The notes under the pieces were generated by a model, which saw nothing but the letters and a program-made list of their open reading frames with translations, did no database searches and was not told the DNA's origin. From the NCBI RefSeq assembly GCF_036321535.1, contig NC_087437.1, positions 21,702,001 through 21,766,000 on the forward strand: a stretch of DNA of 64,000 bases. Reading direction: 5' to 3'. This document shows, one piece after another, positions 39,085 to 50,579 of this stretch; the stretch's first letter is position 1; each line of letters begins with the position of its first letter. Source of the DNA: Camelus dromedarius (lineage: Eukaryota). A program made the translations under genes and the position numbers.

Positions 39085-39708
39085 TTTTATTATTTTTCTG
39101 TGGCTCCCATAACAAAATACCACAAATTTAGTGGCGTCAACAACACAAATTTAGTATCTGACAATTTTGTGGGTCAGAGGTCCCATATGGGTCTCACTGG
39201 GCTAAAACAAGGTGTCAGCAGGGCTGTGTTCCTTTCTGGAAGCCCTAGGGGAGAATCCTCATTGGGGGTGTTGGCAGAATTCTGATCCTTGAGGTGGTGG
39301 GCTTGAGAGCCCCGTTTTCTTCCTGAGTGTAAGCTGAAGGCCATTCCCAGATTCTAGATGCCCCCTGGGTCTCACTGGGCTAAAATACCGTGTCAGCAGG
39401 GCTGCATTCTTCGGCTCATGACCTTTCCCTCCATCTTCAAAGCCAGCAACAGTCCCTCTCACGCTTTCACGTCTCTCCTCTTTCTGTTTCATCTCTCCCA
39501 CCCAGCAGGGCAGGGTTCTCTGCTCTTAAGGACACAGGTGATGAGATTGGACCTGTCTAGATAACTGGGGATAATCTACCCTATTCCCAAGGCCCGTACG
39601 CATCCTTAATCGCATCTGCAGATTCCCTTTTGCCATGGAAGGTTGCAACTTCACAGGTTCTGGGGATCAGGGCATGGGCCCCTTGGGGGAATTATTCTGC
39701 CTGTCACA
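39085..39708. mobile_element. MaLR solo LTR (MLT1D/E-like)
   Basis: cataacaaaataccacaaatttagtggc...gggtctcactgggctaaaa...catcttcaaagccagca...attctgcctgtcaca. Confidence 0.85.
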
Positions 39709-40404
39709 GACTCATTGTCTGCCTTTGTTGACAAATAAGACGGCAGTGGTTATCACTGCCAGGGGGCCTTCAGGCATTTAATGTTGATGTGCATGAGAAA
39801 ATGGGACTCAACTGGATAGTTTTCTCAGTTGAGATCATCTCAAGGCCAGATTCCAAAACAAGAAGTTTTGGAAAGGATGTTTCAGGACTTTTGTACAGTC
39901 AAGCAGAGCTGCAGCGACACTTACCTCTATGTGTTGCAAAGGGAGGTAATTCACATTGTGCCTGCTTCTCTGGTAATTTAGATTCAGAAAAAAAAAGATG
40001 ATAGGAAATAGGCACCCTCCTTCAACCAGAATATTTGCTTTCCTGTAGTTATCATGTGCCACCTGCTCTTATGCTTCTACAACTTTGTTTGCACCCTTTC
40101 GACTTCCTGGTCTGCCCTTCTAGCTTTCTGCCCATTTATCTATAATAATACATATTTATGACCAACTTTGACACCTACTCATTCTGGGAAACATTTTCCA
40201 ACGTGCTAGAAGGTATGGTATCTACTCATTTTTCTAGACACTGAATTAAAATGATAAAAAGAATCCATGCCATCTCCTGGTCTTTTGAAGTCTCTTTTTG
40301 AGTTCTTCTCTAGGATCTGCCTCCATAAGGCTGTACAACATTAAAGAAGCCCCTGTAGCATCTTGGGCATAGCTGGTACTCAAAACTACATATTGAATTG
40401 ATTT

Positions 40405-40966
40405 TATTACCAAATTCAGGTTTGGCTGCTCATTGCTCAAAAGCCAATAATCGAGAGGCAGGTGTCAGTGGAAAGGAAAGTTACTTTTTTCAGAAAAGCT
40501 GGCAATCTAGGGAGAAGGTGGACTCATGTCCAGAGACCATCTCTGAAGATTCTGCTCAGCCATGACAATTTTTAAAGAGAAAAATGGGGGTAAAAATCTC
40601 AGTTAATCATTAAGATAGGAGGTCAGATTCTTTGTCATTTTTCCATTGTGTGCAGACTTGCTGACTTCTCCTAATCTTCCTTTGTTCTCTTGCCTGCATG
40701 GTCTGCCCGCACCTTCAGGGTAAACCTGCAGATTTACTAAGGCACAGTTAGGGTAGAGAGTTGGTCATTCTTTAGTTATGTAATTCTTCATTCTTACTCC
40801 TTCTAAACCAGGGAAAGAATCGACAGGTTAGGCAAGGCATTGTGTACATTCAGTAGAGCAGAAGTCAGAAGTCAGGCTAAATGTTGTCTAGTGATCTCAT
40901 CTTTATGTTTAAGATCTGAGGAAAACAGATGAACGAACAGAGACAGGGGCAAATGAGCTGGTTACA
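40405..40966 (-). mobile_element. ERV solo LTR (ERV1-like)
   Basis: Ends t(a)ttacc...ggttaca (decayed TG...CA), with ggctgctcattgctcaaaagccaataa...ggagaaggtggactcatgtcc typical of laurasiatherian ERV1 LTRs. TSD not clean. Confidence 0.65.
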
Positions 40967-42584
40967 AATCCCCACTGTCAGACATCATTCCATTTCTATG
41001 GGATTAGAGGTGAAGGTCCATCTTCTGTAACTTCTTCATGCTGACACAAGGTGCTGTATTTGCAGATGGAAGATGTCGACATAGATCTGTAGCATCGCTG
41101 TGCTGACAGTTTTAGTTGTCTGCTCACATACCTGGGCAGAGCAAGCTACAATTACTCTAATGCCCATAAAGATGTAGATTATTATGAGCAGTAGTGGTGA
41201 TCCCATTCTGTCATCAGACACTGAGTCTGCGACTCTACAGTCCTAATCATTAACCACTTGAGCCTGCTCTATTGTGACTCTGGGAGGCCTGGGAGACTTC
41301 AGCTTTTCTACAAACAAGAGGCAGGGGACTTACAGGGGCATTTGTACTTGGTGGGGCACACAGAGTTCTGCTCGTTTCCAATTTGAAGTACTAAATTTGA
41401 GTGATTGTGATTCTATTACGTACACACCAAAATTCTGCAATATATGTGTATTTATTGTTTCCTTATAGTGTCATTGGCAAAAAGAGCAATGCTAGGAATG
41501 TCTAATTTAAGTGAGGAAAACTGGGATTGTTAGAGATGAGGTTTCCAATCCTCTTTTAATAAACATATTAATTCATATTCTGTCAGATCACCTAGCAGTA
41601 TATTGGGGGTAAAGGAACAGACTTTTTTTTGGTCTGTTTTTGAATATTCAATTGATGTATAGTATACTTGCAGGAAAATGTACATATTGTAAGTGTATAA
41701 GTTGATGAATTTTTATAAAATGATATACCCATGAAATAAGCATCTGTATCAAGAAACCAGAATTATTACCAGCACCCCCAGAAATCCTCCTGCTTCCTTC
41801 CAGTGGTTACTACTCTCAAGGGTAGTCACTGTCCTGATGTTTTAGAAGGTTGAGAAATGGACTATTTGTAAGATACAGAAAAAATTCTTACGATTATCAT
41901 GAAAATACTTTTAAACAAATTCCTAAGGAGGGATATGTGGGTTTACAGAGATTTTTAAAATGTCACCCCTGCCCCAAAGTTTCATTTAAACATGGAACAG
42001 TAAATTCTTTTCTAAATACTTTTGTTTTATCAAATAATTTGAGTTATATAAGCAACTTTGAATCAGATTATTTCTCAGTATTTACTGACTATTTTTAAGT
42101 GTTCAGACAGTCCTTTTGCCTTGATATTCACAAGCTGTTAAAACTACACCATGCACTTGGCCCTGATCAATGACTCCACATCAGTTTCTACACAGTTTTT
42201 ATTGATATCAAATTAGTATATTTTCACTGGAATTTTGGTTGAGGGTCATAGTAGGTATTTGGGAAAAAAAACTATTGTCAGCAAAGGTGGCAGCCGCTAT
42301 GCTGCTTATTTTAATTGTCTAGCCCACCTTCCTGGCAGAGTGGAAAGTGAAATTGTAGCAAAATGAAGTGTATAAAATGTTAGAGAACTTGGATTCAGGG
42401 TACAACTTCATCCCCTCTTTATTCTCTGTGTTAAAGGATGTCAAAACATTGTTTCTCAGTGTGAAACATTGGAAACCACCTTACCAACGAGTGCGTAAAT
42501 AAGTCATGGTAAAGTCATAATAAGGTGGACCATTATGAAGCATGAAAGGCATGTTTCCAAAAAATGCTTAATGGTATGGGAAGT

Positions 42585-42672
42585 TTCTTTTTCTTGTTTG
42601 AGGGGGAGGTAATTAGGTTTGTTTGTTTGTTTGTTTGTTTGTTTATTAATGGAGGTACTGGGGATTGAACCA
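42585..42672 (-). mobile_element. 5'-truncated Vic-1-type SINE with (TTTG)n expansion, adjoining an old L1 3' piece (42680-42935)
   Basis: gggggaggtaattagg(tttg)n...aatggaggtactggggattgaacc, then the element stops. Confidence 0.85.
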
Positions 42673-43529
42673 ATGTGCTTTTAACCATCATTGAGGTATA
42701 AGTTAGGTCTAATAGGCTGTAGCCATTTAAAGTGGATATATCTTGACAGTATATACAATCATCCCCACAATCAAGATGCAGAACATTTTCATCTCTCTTG
42801 TCCTTCCTTCTGCCCCATTCTAGGCAACCATCGATCTACCTTCTGTTACCGTGGGTTAGTTTGCATTTTCTAGAATCTCATATAAATGGAATTATACAGT
42901 ACATACTTTCTTTTTAAAACTGGCTTGTGACATAATGAACCCTTAACTTTTTCTTTCGCTTTAGGAAGCAGATTTATAATAGCCATTCCTCACTTTTATA
43001 GAACCATCATAAAAAGTGTTTCAGACTTCCTCTTCAGAGAACTAACCCTTTGGTGAAAGTAAATTATAGACTTTATAAGTGATCCTTACCTCGCTGAAAA
43101 AGTAGAATTGGACTATAACCCTTGAGAGCACTTTCTAGCTTTAAGGCTGTATAATTCTATATGTTTCTAGTGACTATTCAAAGGTGGTTTTGTACATTTG
43201 ACTGAAATTAGTCCAGTGACTATAAAAAAAAAATTCAGTAAGGTATAGGGTTTTTGTTGTTTTTGTTTTTTTAAGTTTAACACAATTTCCTAATCTTTTT
43301 AGGAATCGCCATGTATATGTAATTGCTTAATGTTTTTTCACATGGTGAAAAAGAAATTGCCATTTCAAAATTAAAGTGGCAAAAGAATATTTATAAAAGT
43401 AACATAAGACCTCATAGGACAGGGAGTCTCATTCCATAAGAAAAAGACCTGCTTGAGTGGAATCTAAAGGGTGAATATCCTGGTATATATATCAAGTGAA
43501 TAAAAGTGTATTTTAAGCACTACAGTCAT

Positions 43530-43831
43530 AATCAAACAGATAAAGTGATGACATCTACATTTTTGCCTCCTGATTTTTTTTTTTTTATAGTTCCAAACCA
43601 CACCCATTGCAAATTGGCCTTTCTACCTGAGACCAAGTTCTTTTTGAGATTAAAATCTGTGGTAGTAGGCACAAGACTTAAGCGTGGAGTTAGTTGCTCG
43701 TTTTCTTTGGTCAAACACTGACTTTGGCAGATTATTTGAGGACAGATACAGTTTAGAGAGACTGAATTTTGAATCTCCCGAATTGTTTTTTTGGACCTCC
43801 AAATCTTAGGTGATAACACCTGCTGAAACAG
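43530..43831 (+). promoter_or_regulatory. PLS1: Probable alternative (CpG-poor, epithelial) PLS1 promoter and first exon
   Basis: AGATAA (43538), CCACACCC (43598), GTCAAACA (43710) and TGACTTTG (43719), then a donor aaaCAG|GTATGC (GT 43832-43833) and a small GC patch at ~43944-43960. Unique, non-repeat sequence. Confidence 0.5.
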
Positions 43832-45689
43832 GTATGCACAATTTTCCTTACGTTAATAGCAATAATACAGAAGCCTCAGATTCTAGAGCTGCTTTTAAAA
43901 AAAAAAAAAAGATTGTTAAATTGAGATAAATCCCCTCATGTTTCCCGGGGGCGGCGGGTGGTGTTTGTTTTAGCGCATTCTTGCTTTGGGATTCTAGGTG
44001 ACTTTTCATAATCAGTGCAAATAGTGACCATGGCGTGAGGGTCACATAATTTTTAATTCTCTTAATTTTTCTGTTTTAAAAACTCTTTCTTAAGCAATAC
44101 TTGTTAGGTAAGTAAGAAAGGACCGTTTTGGTTTATTCTGGGTTAGATTAAAAAATTAAATTCATAATTTTCATTTTGGCTTTAATTGTCTCTTTAGAAA
44201 TATATGTAAAATTTTAGGAAAATGCTACAGTGACTGAGTATAGTCTTTTTATGTCACCTAGAGTGGATATGTACTGTTGCTTCGAAGCCTGATCCTTTCA
44301 ATCTGACGAAACAGCTCTTCCAGTTTGTAGTTTAATCATGGAGAAGCAGAACTCTTTTTTTCTAAAGGGATCCCACAGGTACAGAAAACAAGTGGTATAG
44401 AGGATATTGCCAGTGCTAAGGCTGTGGCGTGATTCTAGGCGACCATCTGGAGTCCAAGGGAAACATCTTAATGGAAATAAATTCTTTATCATTATTTTTT
44501 ATTTTCTACATTTTTAAATTACCACAATATACCTAGAGATAGCACTCCTGCTTAAAAGCTTTTTTCACTGTTTCATTGAATTGGGACAGAGGCTAACTGA
44601 AGGCTTTCAGAAAGAGCTTCCTATGAATTCTTTACAAATAAACATGTAGCCTTCCACTGCGAGCACTTTTAATGGTTGCTAAAGTTGGCTGAAGAACCAC
44701 GTGTCTTTACCCCACAGAGTCCTGGAAGCTGTAGCTGCCTTCCCTGAGCTCTTCTCTTAGTAAAGCAGAAAATGAACAGTTCGCAGTCCATGTAAAGCTG
44801 AGAAGGTCTTAAATGATACATGTCGAGGAAACTTGGATACTGATACCACTGGCAATTTGCATAGATCTTACTGCCAAAGAATGAAAGACTCTTGAATTTT
44901 CTTAAAAGAGGCCAGCTTTTAAGAAGCTGAGTGTGTTCCCTTTGTGCAGTGACCTGAGCTCTCAAAGCTAAGTAGAGAGTGAAGGCTTATCTGCTCAGCT
45001 TTGTGAAGCAGTCAGCCGTTTACATTTATTTGGAGGCGTCATAGATAGAGTTACTCTGTGGCTCTTAGAGAAATGAACACATCATGAATGGTTAACTCTG
45101 GAAAATAAGTACCATAGACAAATTCCACATAATTCTTTTTTTTTTTTTTTTTAAACCCTTAATGGCTTGCTTCAAAGGAGCCAGAATTCCCTTTCCTGTA
45201 TTATGTCCAGAGTCCAACAAAGGCTGTACCCTTTGCCAATCCTTTCCTAGTGAACGGGCCACAAGCTCAATTGTGTTCTTGCAGAGGAGGGGGATAACAT
45301 TCCTCTATGATCCCCAGTTTAGATCAGCTTACCACCCAAAGCATGACATTTGATTACCCTGATTATGTTACTTTGTGTAGCTACAGATGTTGCTAATGGC
45401 GTGGACTTATCTAGCCATTTAAAAAGTCAATGTTCACGCTGACTTACGGTCAATGCTGTGAACGGCCCTATTGCTTAGGACCCCAGTAATCCGAACTGGT
45501 GGAGAAAGGAGAAGCACTTGGGGTTGGGTGTGTGCACTGCAGGCGCATACATCTTGAATTCCTGAATATATTCCACTGAGCGCCTGGGGGGCTTGTTTTT
45601 TCTTCTAAGTGCTGATTTTAATCTCTAACGTGCAGTGTGGCTGGACCTGAATTGTTTTAAGAATTGTAAAAAGCCAGTTTACTGGCCTT

Positions 45690-45829
45690 TTCTTTTAGAT
45701 TTTTTTTGGTAGGGGGAGGGAGGTAACTAGGTTTATTTATTTATTTTTAAGTGGAGGTACTGGGGAGTGAAACCAGGACCTCCTGCGCACAAAGCATGTG
45801 CTTTATCACTTCAGCTATACCTTCCCCCA
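45690..45829 (-). mobile_element. Vic-1-type SINE (long form, diverged)
   Basis: SINE body with TSD tactggcctt at 45680 and 45830. Confidence 0.88.
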
Positions 45830-47454
45830 TACTGGCCTTCTCTGACTGTATTCTTTGGAATTAAGGTTTTTAGGTTTCCTTCTTTCTCTTTCCTTCCAAA
45901 TGTTTTCAACCCAGTTCCCAGTCCTTTAGGATAAGAGAGAAGCTGTCATTAACCAAAGTGGCAAACAGTGGAAAGACTTATCCCTTTACTTGTTCCAGCT
46001 GAGCCGGGAAGCTGAGCTGTTTCTCCTGGGAGCGGTGGCCTTGAGGTCTTTTTCATTGTCCTCCCATCGGTAAAAAAGCTTTGTGTGTTTTGTGTACTCA
46101 ACACTTCCAAGGTATCTATTTTTAATTTATTATTATAGTCAAGTGCTACTTAATATATATGTTATAGATACTGGAGCCTATATAAAAATAAATTTGAAAG
46201 AATAAGGTGATTAGAAAATGTTTTGTTAATTAGAAGGGTTTTGTAGTACCCTTAACTAATATCTCTTGGTACAGCATATACACAGGGCACTGTTTACTGT
46301 CAGTGACGGTGTGAAGCTGTATTTTACATAGTCTTGATAGTTTTGATTTGTTTGTCCAGCTTGTCACATGTGCCTCTGTTTTATTTTTTAAAGTAACTGG
46401 TGAAGACATACTAGGAGCAGAGGTGTCAGCTCCTCCATTTTCTTATGCTTATATGATCGGTGTATTTCCAGGACCCAGTTACTTTGCAGGCATCATTTAA
46501 AGCTACGTGCCCATTTAGCAAAGATGCGCTTGAGATCAGCTTGGTTGTACAGTCTGTTATCTCCTCAACCAGGCATCCTAAACGGCAGGTTGTCAGATGT
46601 GCTGACAGTGATCAAAGGAGTGACGTCGCTCTGTCCAGCTCCTACTTTGTGGAAAGTCCACTCCTTTCCTGGGGTATCCCTTAAACTGTTTGTGACATGA
46701 GATTGTCCATCGTAAGGACAGATTTAGGATGCTAGTGAAAAATATGTATGTTAAATATTTGTGAATCTTACTTCATTTCCTAATATTTCTTCCTAATGTT
46801 TACTTCCTGCACTCTGGTGGAGACCATTATTCTTGGTGACTCTTGTCTTCTGAGGAGCCAAGGGTGTGGCCTCAGTTTTCTCATCTGTAAAGAGAGGGGG
46901 TTGAACTAGATGATTTTTAAGGTTTTTATCTGAGATTCCCATTTAGTTTACTATTTTTTTTTTTAGACAGGTATGTCCCTAGTAACTCATCCCCATAAGT
47001 TACTAATACACTGCTTAGAAGTTGTTTCTATAAGGAATACTTTTCAGAAATGAGTCACATACTAGGATTTGCTTTCCAAGCCAAGATTTTAGAAGTATCT
47101 GTCACACCCACAGCACACCTTTAAGTGTCCTTACTTCTCAGGGCCCACCCAGAGTAAACATTTACCCCCTCAGGAAAATCTTTGTCAGACCCGTGTTTGA
47201 AATACTTGCTTTCTCTTTTTACTCACCCCCACATATAATGCTATCCGTACATTTTGATCAGTAGATGTGAATCATAGATATGTGAATGTGTTTGCCTTTC
47301 ATGAGACACATTTATCCCTAAGTTTTATACCAGCAAGCTTTGCTGATTAACTGACTGTTTTTCCCAGAAAATGTTGAAGAATGCTGTTGAGAACATGTTC
47401 TCCCAGAAATTATTTTAAAATGTTTTCTTCCCAAGGGAGCATTTTGGGAAAACC

Positions 47455-47640
47455 TGGGGCTAGTAGAGTTTTTAACCTGGAGCCTGTAGACTCCACGAAC
47501 GAGCCTGAGGGTGGAGTATGCAGCTACAAAGTCCCTGAAATCATATGCAAAATTCAGATTTGTGGGCACCTTTCTGGGCGGAGGGCCCATAGCTTTTTAT
47601 TAAAAAGGCTAAACATCTGAAGACCTTTAAGAATCAACGC
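47455..47640. mobile_element. hAT-Charlie-like remnant
   Basis: tagagtttttaacctggagcctgtagac...ccctgaaatcatatgcaaaatt...ccatagctttt...ttaagaatca. Confidence 0.55.
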
Positions 47641-49383
47641 CATAGGGAAAATGCAGATATTTCAAGTATAACCTATTTGTCTTAATTTGTTTACTTTCTA
47701 ACCTGATTTTCATCACTTTTGTATGTTTTCAGCTCTGCACAGCATTTTGTGACCTTGCTATGAAAACCAGGAAATTAGCAGTACTTAACACCATATCCCT
47801 GAAAATGCTATGCTTTATTCCTACTAACTTATGTACTCCTGACACTATCTTGCTTGAGTGATAATTCTTGTTGATAATAAGTAAATATTGTAATAGTAAA
47901 TAAAAAAGTGATAATAAGTAAATATTTTACTTCTTAGAAAAAAAAGGGAGAATTGGGGGTTAAATTAGAATTGAGAGAGTAAAAAGAACTACATACAGAA
48001 CTATTCTACAAACCTCTGTGCTAAGTCATCTAATTTCAATGTTTACGTAAAAGAGGCTCAGATCTCTTCTTTGAATGTCTTGTGGAAAGATGATTCTTTG
48101 GTTTCCTTGACAGCCTAGTTCATGTCTTTATTGGTTTTGGGCATTCAAGATGTGGTTTATTGAAAGGAACATGGGATTAGGACTCAGGCACACTGAAAAT
48201 AGTACCAGCTTTGACACTTACCAGCAGATGATCTAGGCTGTGTAGCCTGACCTCTGTGAGTCTATTTCCTCATATGTAAAATGGGAATAAAATAATATGA
48301 GGAAACAGATCATACTATTATTGTGTGTGTGTGTATATGTGTATGTATATATATAATATAATTCTTATTTTCAGTTCTGATTAACTCACTGGATTGATGT
48401 GAGAGTTGAATGTCGTAATATATGTGAAAGGGCTTTATAAGTTAGGAAGCATGTAAGTGTGAGACTTCTTTTGATGATGGCTCATGTTCCTTATATCATG
48501 GTGGTCTTCCTTAATCTTTGGTTTTAGGCCGCTATGAAGAATCAGTTTCATACTTATTTTTTCTTTCACAAAGTTTAGGTCATTATTACTAGCAAAGAAT
48601 AAAATCTCTAGGGAATTTGCCTGGGACGCTTATACTAACTGAATAAACAGACTTACAGGAAAAGCCCATCACATTAAAACTCACAAACAAAAAACACTGG
48701 ATCAGCCAATTAAAGTTATTTTGAGATACTGAAATTGATTTAAGTAAAATTTTGTAAGATTGCAGAAGTTGGGTAGCAGAATTCTGTCAGCAGAATGATT
48801 AAACTTCCTTGGACCAGGTCCAGAGTACCTTCCTGGGCCCAGCCTTATATGGAGTAGTGGAAACATGGACCTTGACACTGTTTGAATTATATGACTCTAG
48901 TGCTCACCAGCTGGGTGGTATTGGGCAAGTTACTTAACCTTAGTGAACTTGAGTTTCTTTATCAGTAAAAATAGATGTAACCACTATGGTTTTTTTTTTT
49001 TTAAGGATTAGAGATTATTTATATCAATCACACAGTAGATTCTCTTCATATGTAGATAATATGAACTGTAAAAAAAAAAAAAAAAACTGTCCTATTAATA
49101 CCATGTTTGGTCATTCCTGTGTCCAGGCAGGTCTGCTGTTATAACCCCCATTCATCATTTAGCCTTGCATTCCAGATGCTCTTTATTTAAGCTTAAGAAC
49201 AAATCCTAACACTCTTAAGCTTTTCCTCTATGTTCCTAAATTGAAACATTAACTTAGGGGAGTTGCTGCATAATTTGCTTTAAAAACAGACTTTCCGCTC
49301 TATTTTCTAAAAACCAAATGGAGACAATGGTTAAGTAAAATGCTTTATGGAAAGAAGAACCACAGTATGTATATATGTATATA

Positions 49384-50570
49384 GGGAACTTCTGCAACTC
49401 AACCACAAAAAAGTACAAGCATACCTCGAAGATATTATGGGTCTGGTTCCAGACCACCACAAGGGGCAAATATTGCAGTAAACCAAGTCACATGAATCTT
49501 CTGGTTTCTCAATGCATATAAAAGTTATGCTTATACTGTACTATAGTTTATTAAGTGTGCAATAGCATTACGTCCAAAAAGATACAATTAATTTAAAAAA
49601 AACTTCATTGCTAACATTGCTAACCATCACCTGATAATGCAGGGATGCCACAAACCTTCAATTCGTGAAAAACCCAATATCTCTGAAGTGCAAAAAAGCA
49701 AAGCACAATAAAATGAGGTGTGCCTGTAACCCAGTAAGAATGGGCAAAGGACTTCCATCAACAATTCTGCAAAGAATATATGTATATATATGGGCAATAA
49801 GCATATGAAAAGATGCTCAACATCACTAATCATAAGAGAAATTCAAGTCAAACCCACAGTGAGATATATTTGGATGGCTAATATCAAAGAAACAGAAAAT
49901 AACAAATGTTGGCATGGACATAGTGAAATTGGAACCCTGTGTACTGCTGGTGGGAATGTAAAATGCCACAGCCATTATGGAAAAAAGTATATTTCCTCAA
50001 AAAATAAAAAACAGAATTATCATATGATCCAGAAATCCTGCTTCTGGGTATATCTAGAAAATAATTCAAAGCAATATCTCAAAAAGATGTATTTGCATAC
50101 CCATGTTCATTGCCACATTATTCACAGTAGCCAAAAGGTGGAAGCAATCCAGATGTCCATCAGCAGATGAATGGATAAAGACTATGTGGCATAAAGATAC
50201 AATGAAATAATACGCACCTTAAAAAAGAAGGAAATCCTGTCACGTGCTACAACATGGATGAACCTCAGGGGCATTATGCTAAGTGAAATAAGCCAGTCAA
50301 AGAAGGACAAATACTATATTACTACACTCATATGAAGTATTTAAATTAATCAAAAACCATAGAAACAGGAAGTAGAAAGGTGGTTGCCAAGGCTTGGGGG
50401 AATGATGAACTAGTGTTTCCTGAATATAGAGGTTCAGTTTTGCAAGATGAAAAAAGTCTAGAGATCAGTTGCACAACAATATGGATATACTTAACACTAC
50501 TGAACTTTAAACTTGCAAGTGGTTAAGACGGTAAATTTGTGATATCCTTTTTACCACTGTAAAAAAAAAA
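49384..50570 (+). mobile_element. L1MB-like ORF2 C-terminus, 3' UTR and poly-A
   Basis: ORF 49790-50170 (NKHMKRCSTSLIIREIQVKPTVRY...) is the conserved L1 ORF2 C-terminal region, here frameshifted. Poly-A at 50561-50570. Confidence 0.9.
49416..49726. mobile_element. Tigger1-derived MITE (TcMar) nested in the L1
   Basis: TIRs caagcatacctc / gaggtgtgcctg flanked by TA TSDs (49414-49415, 49727-49728). Both Tigger1 ends are present and the transposase is deleted. Confidence 0.88.
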
Positions 50571-50579
50571 GGAATGTAA

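Noticed and set aside
35385..39770. Additional CTCF-like strings (gccacagagggca, agccagagggggc, ctgccagggggcc)
   Set aside because: Two or more mismatches to the core, too weak to call from sequence alone.
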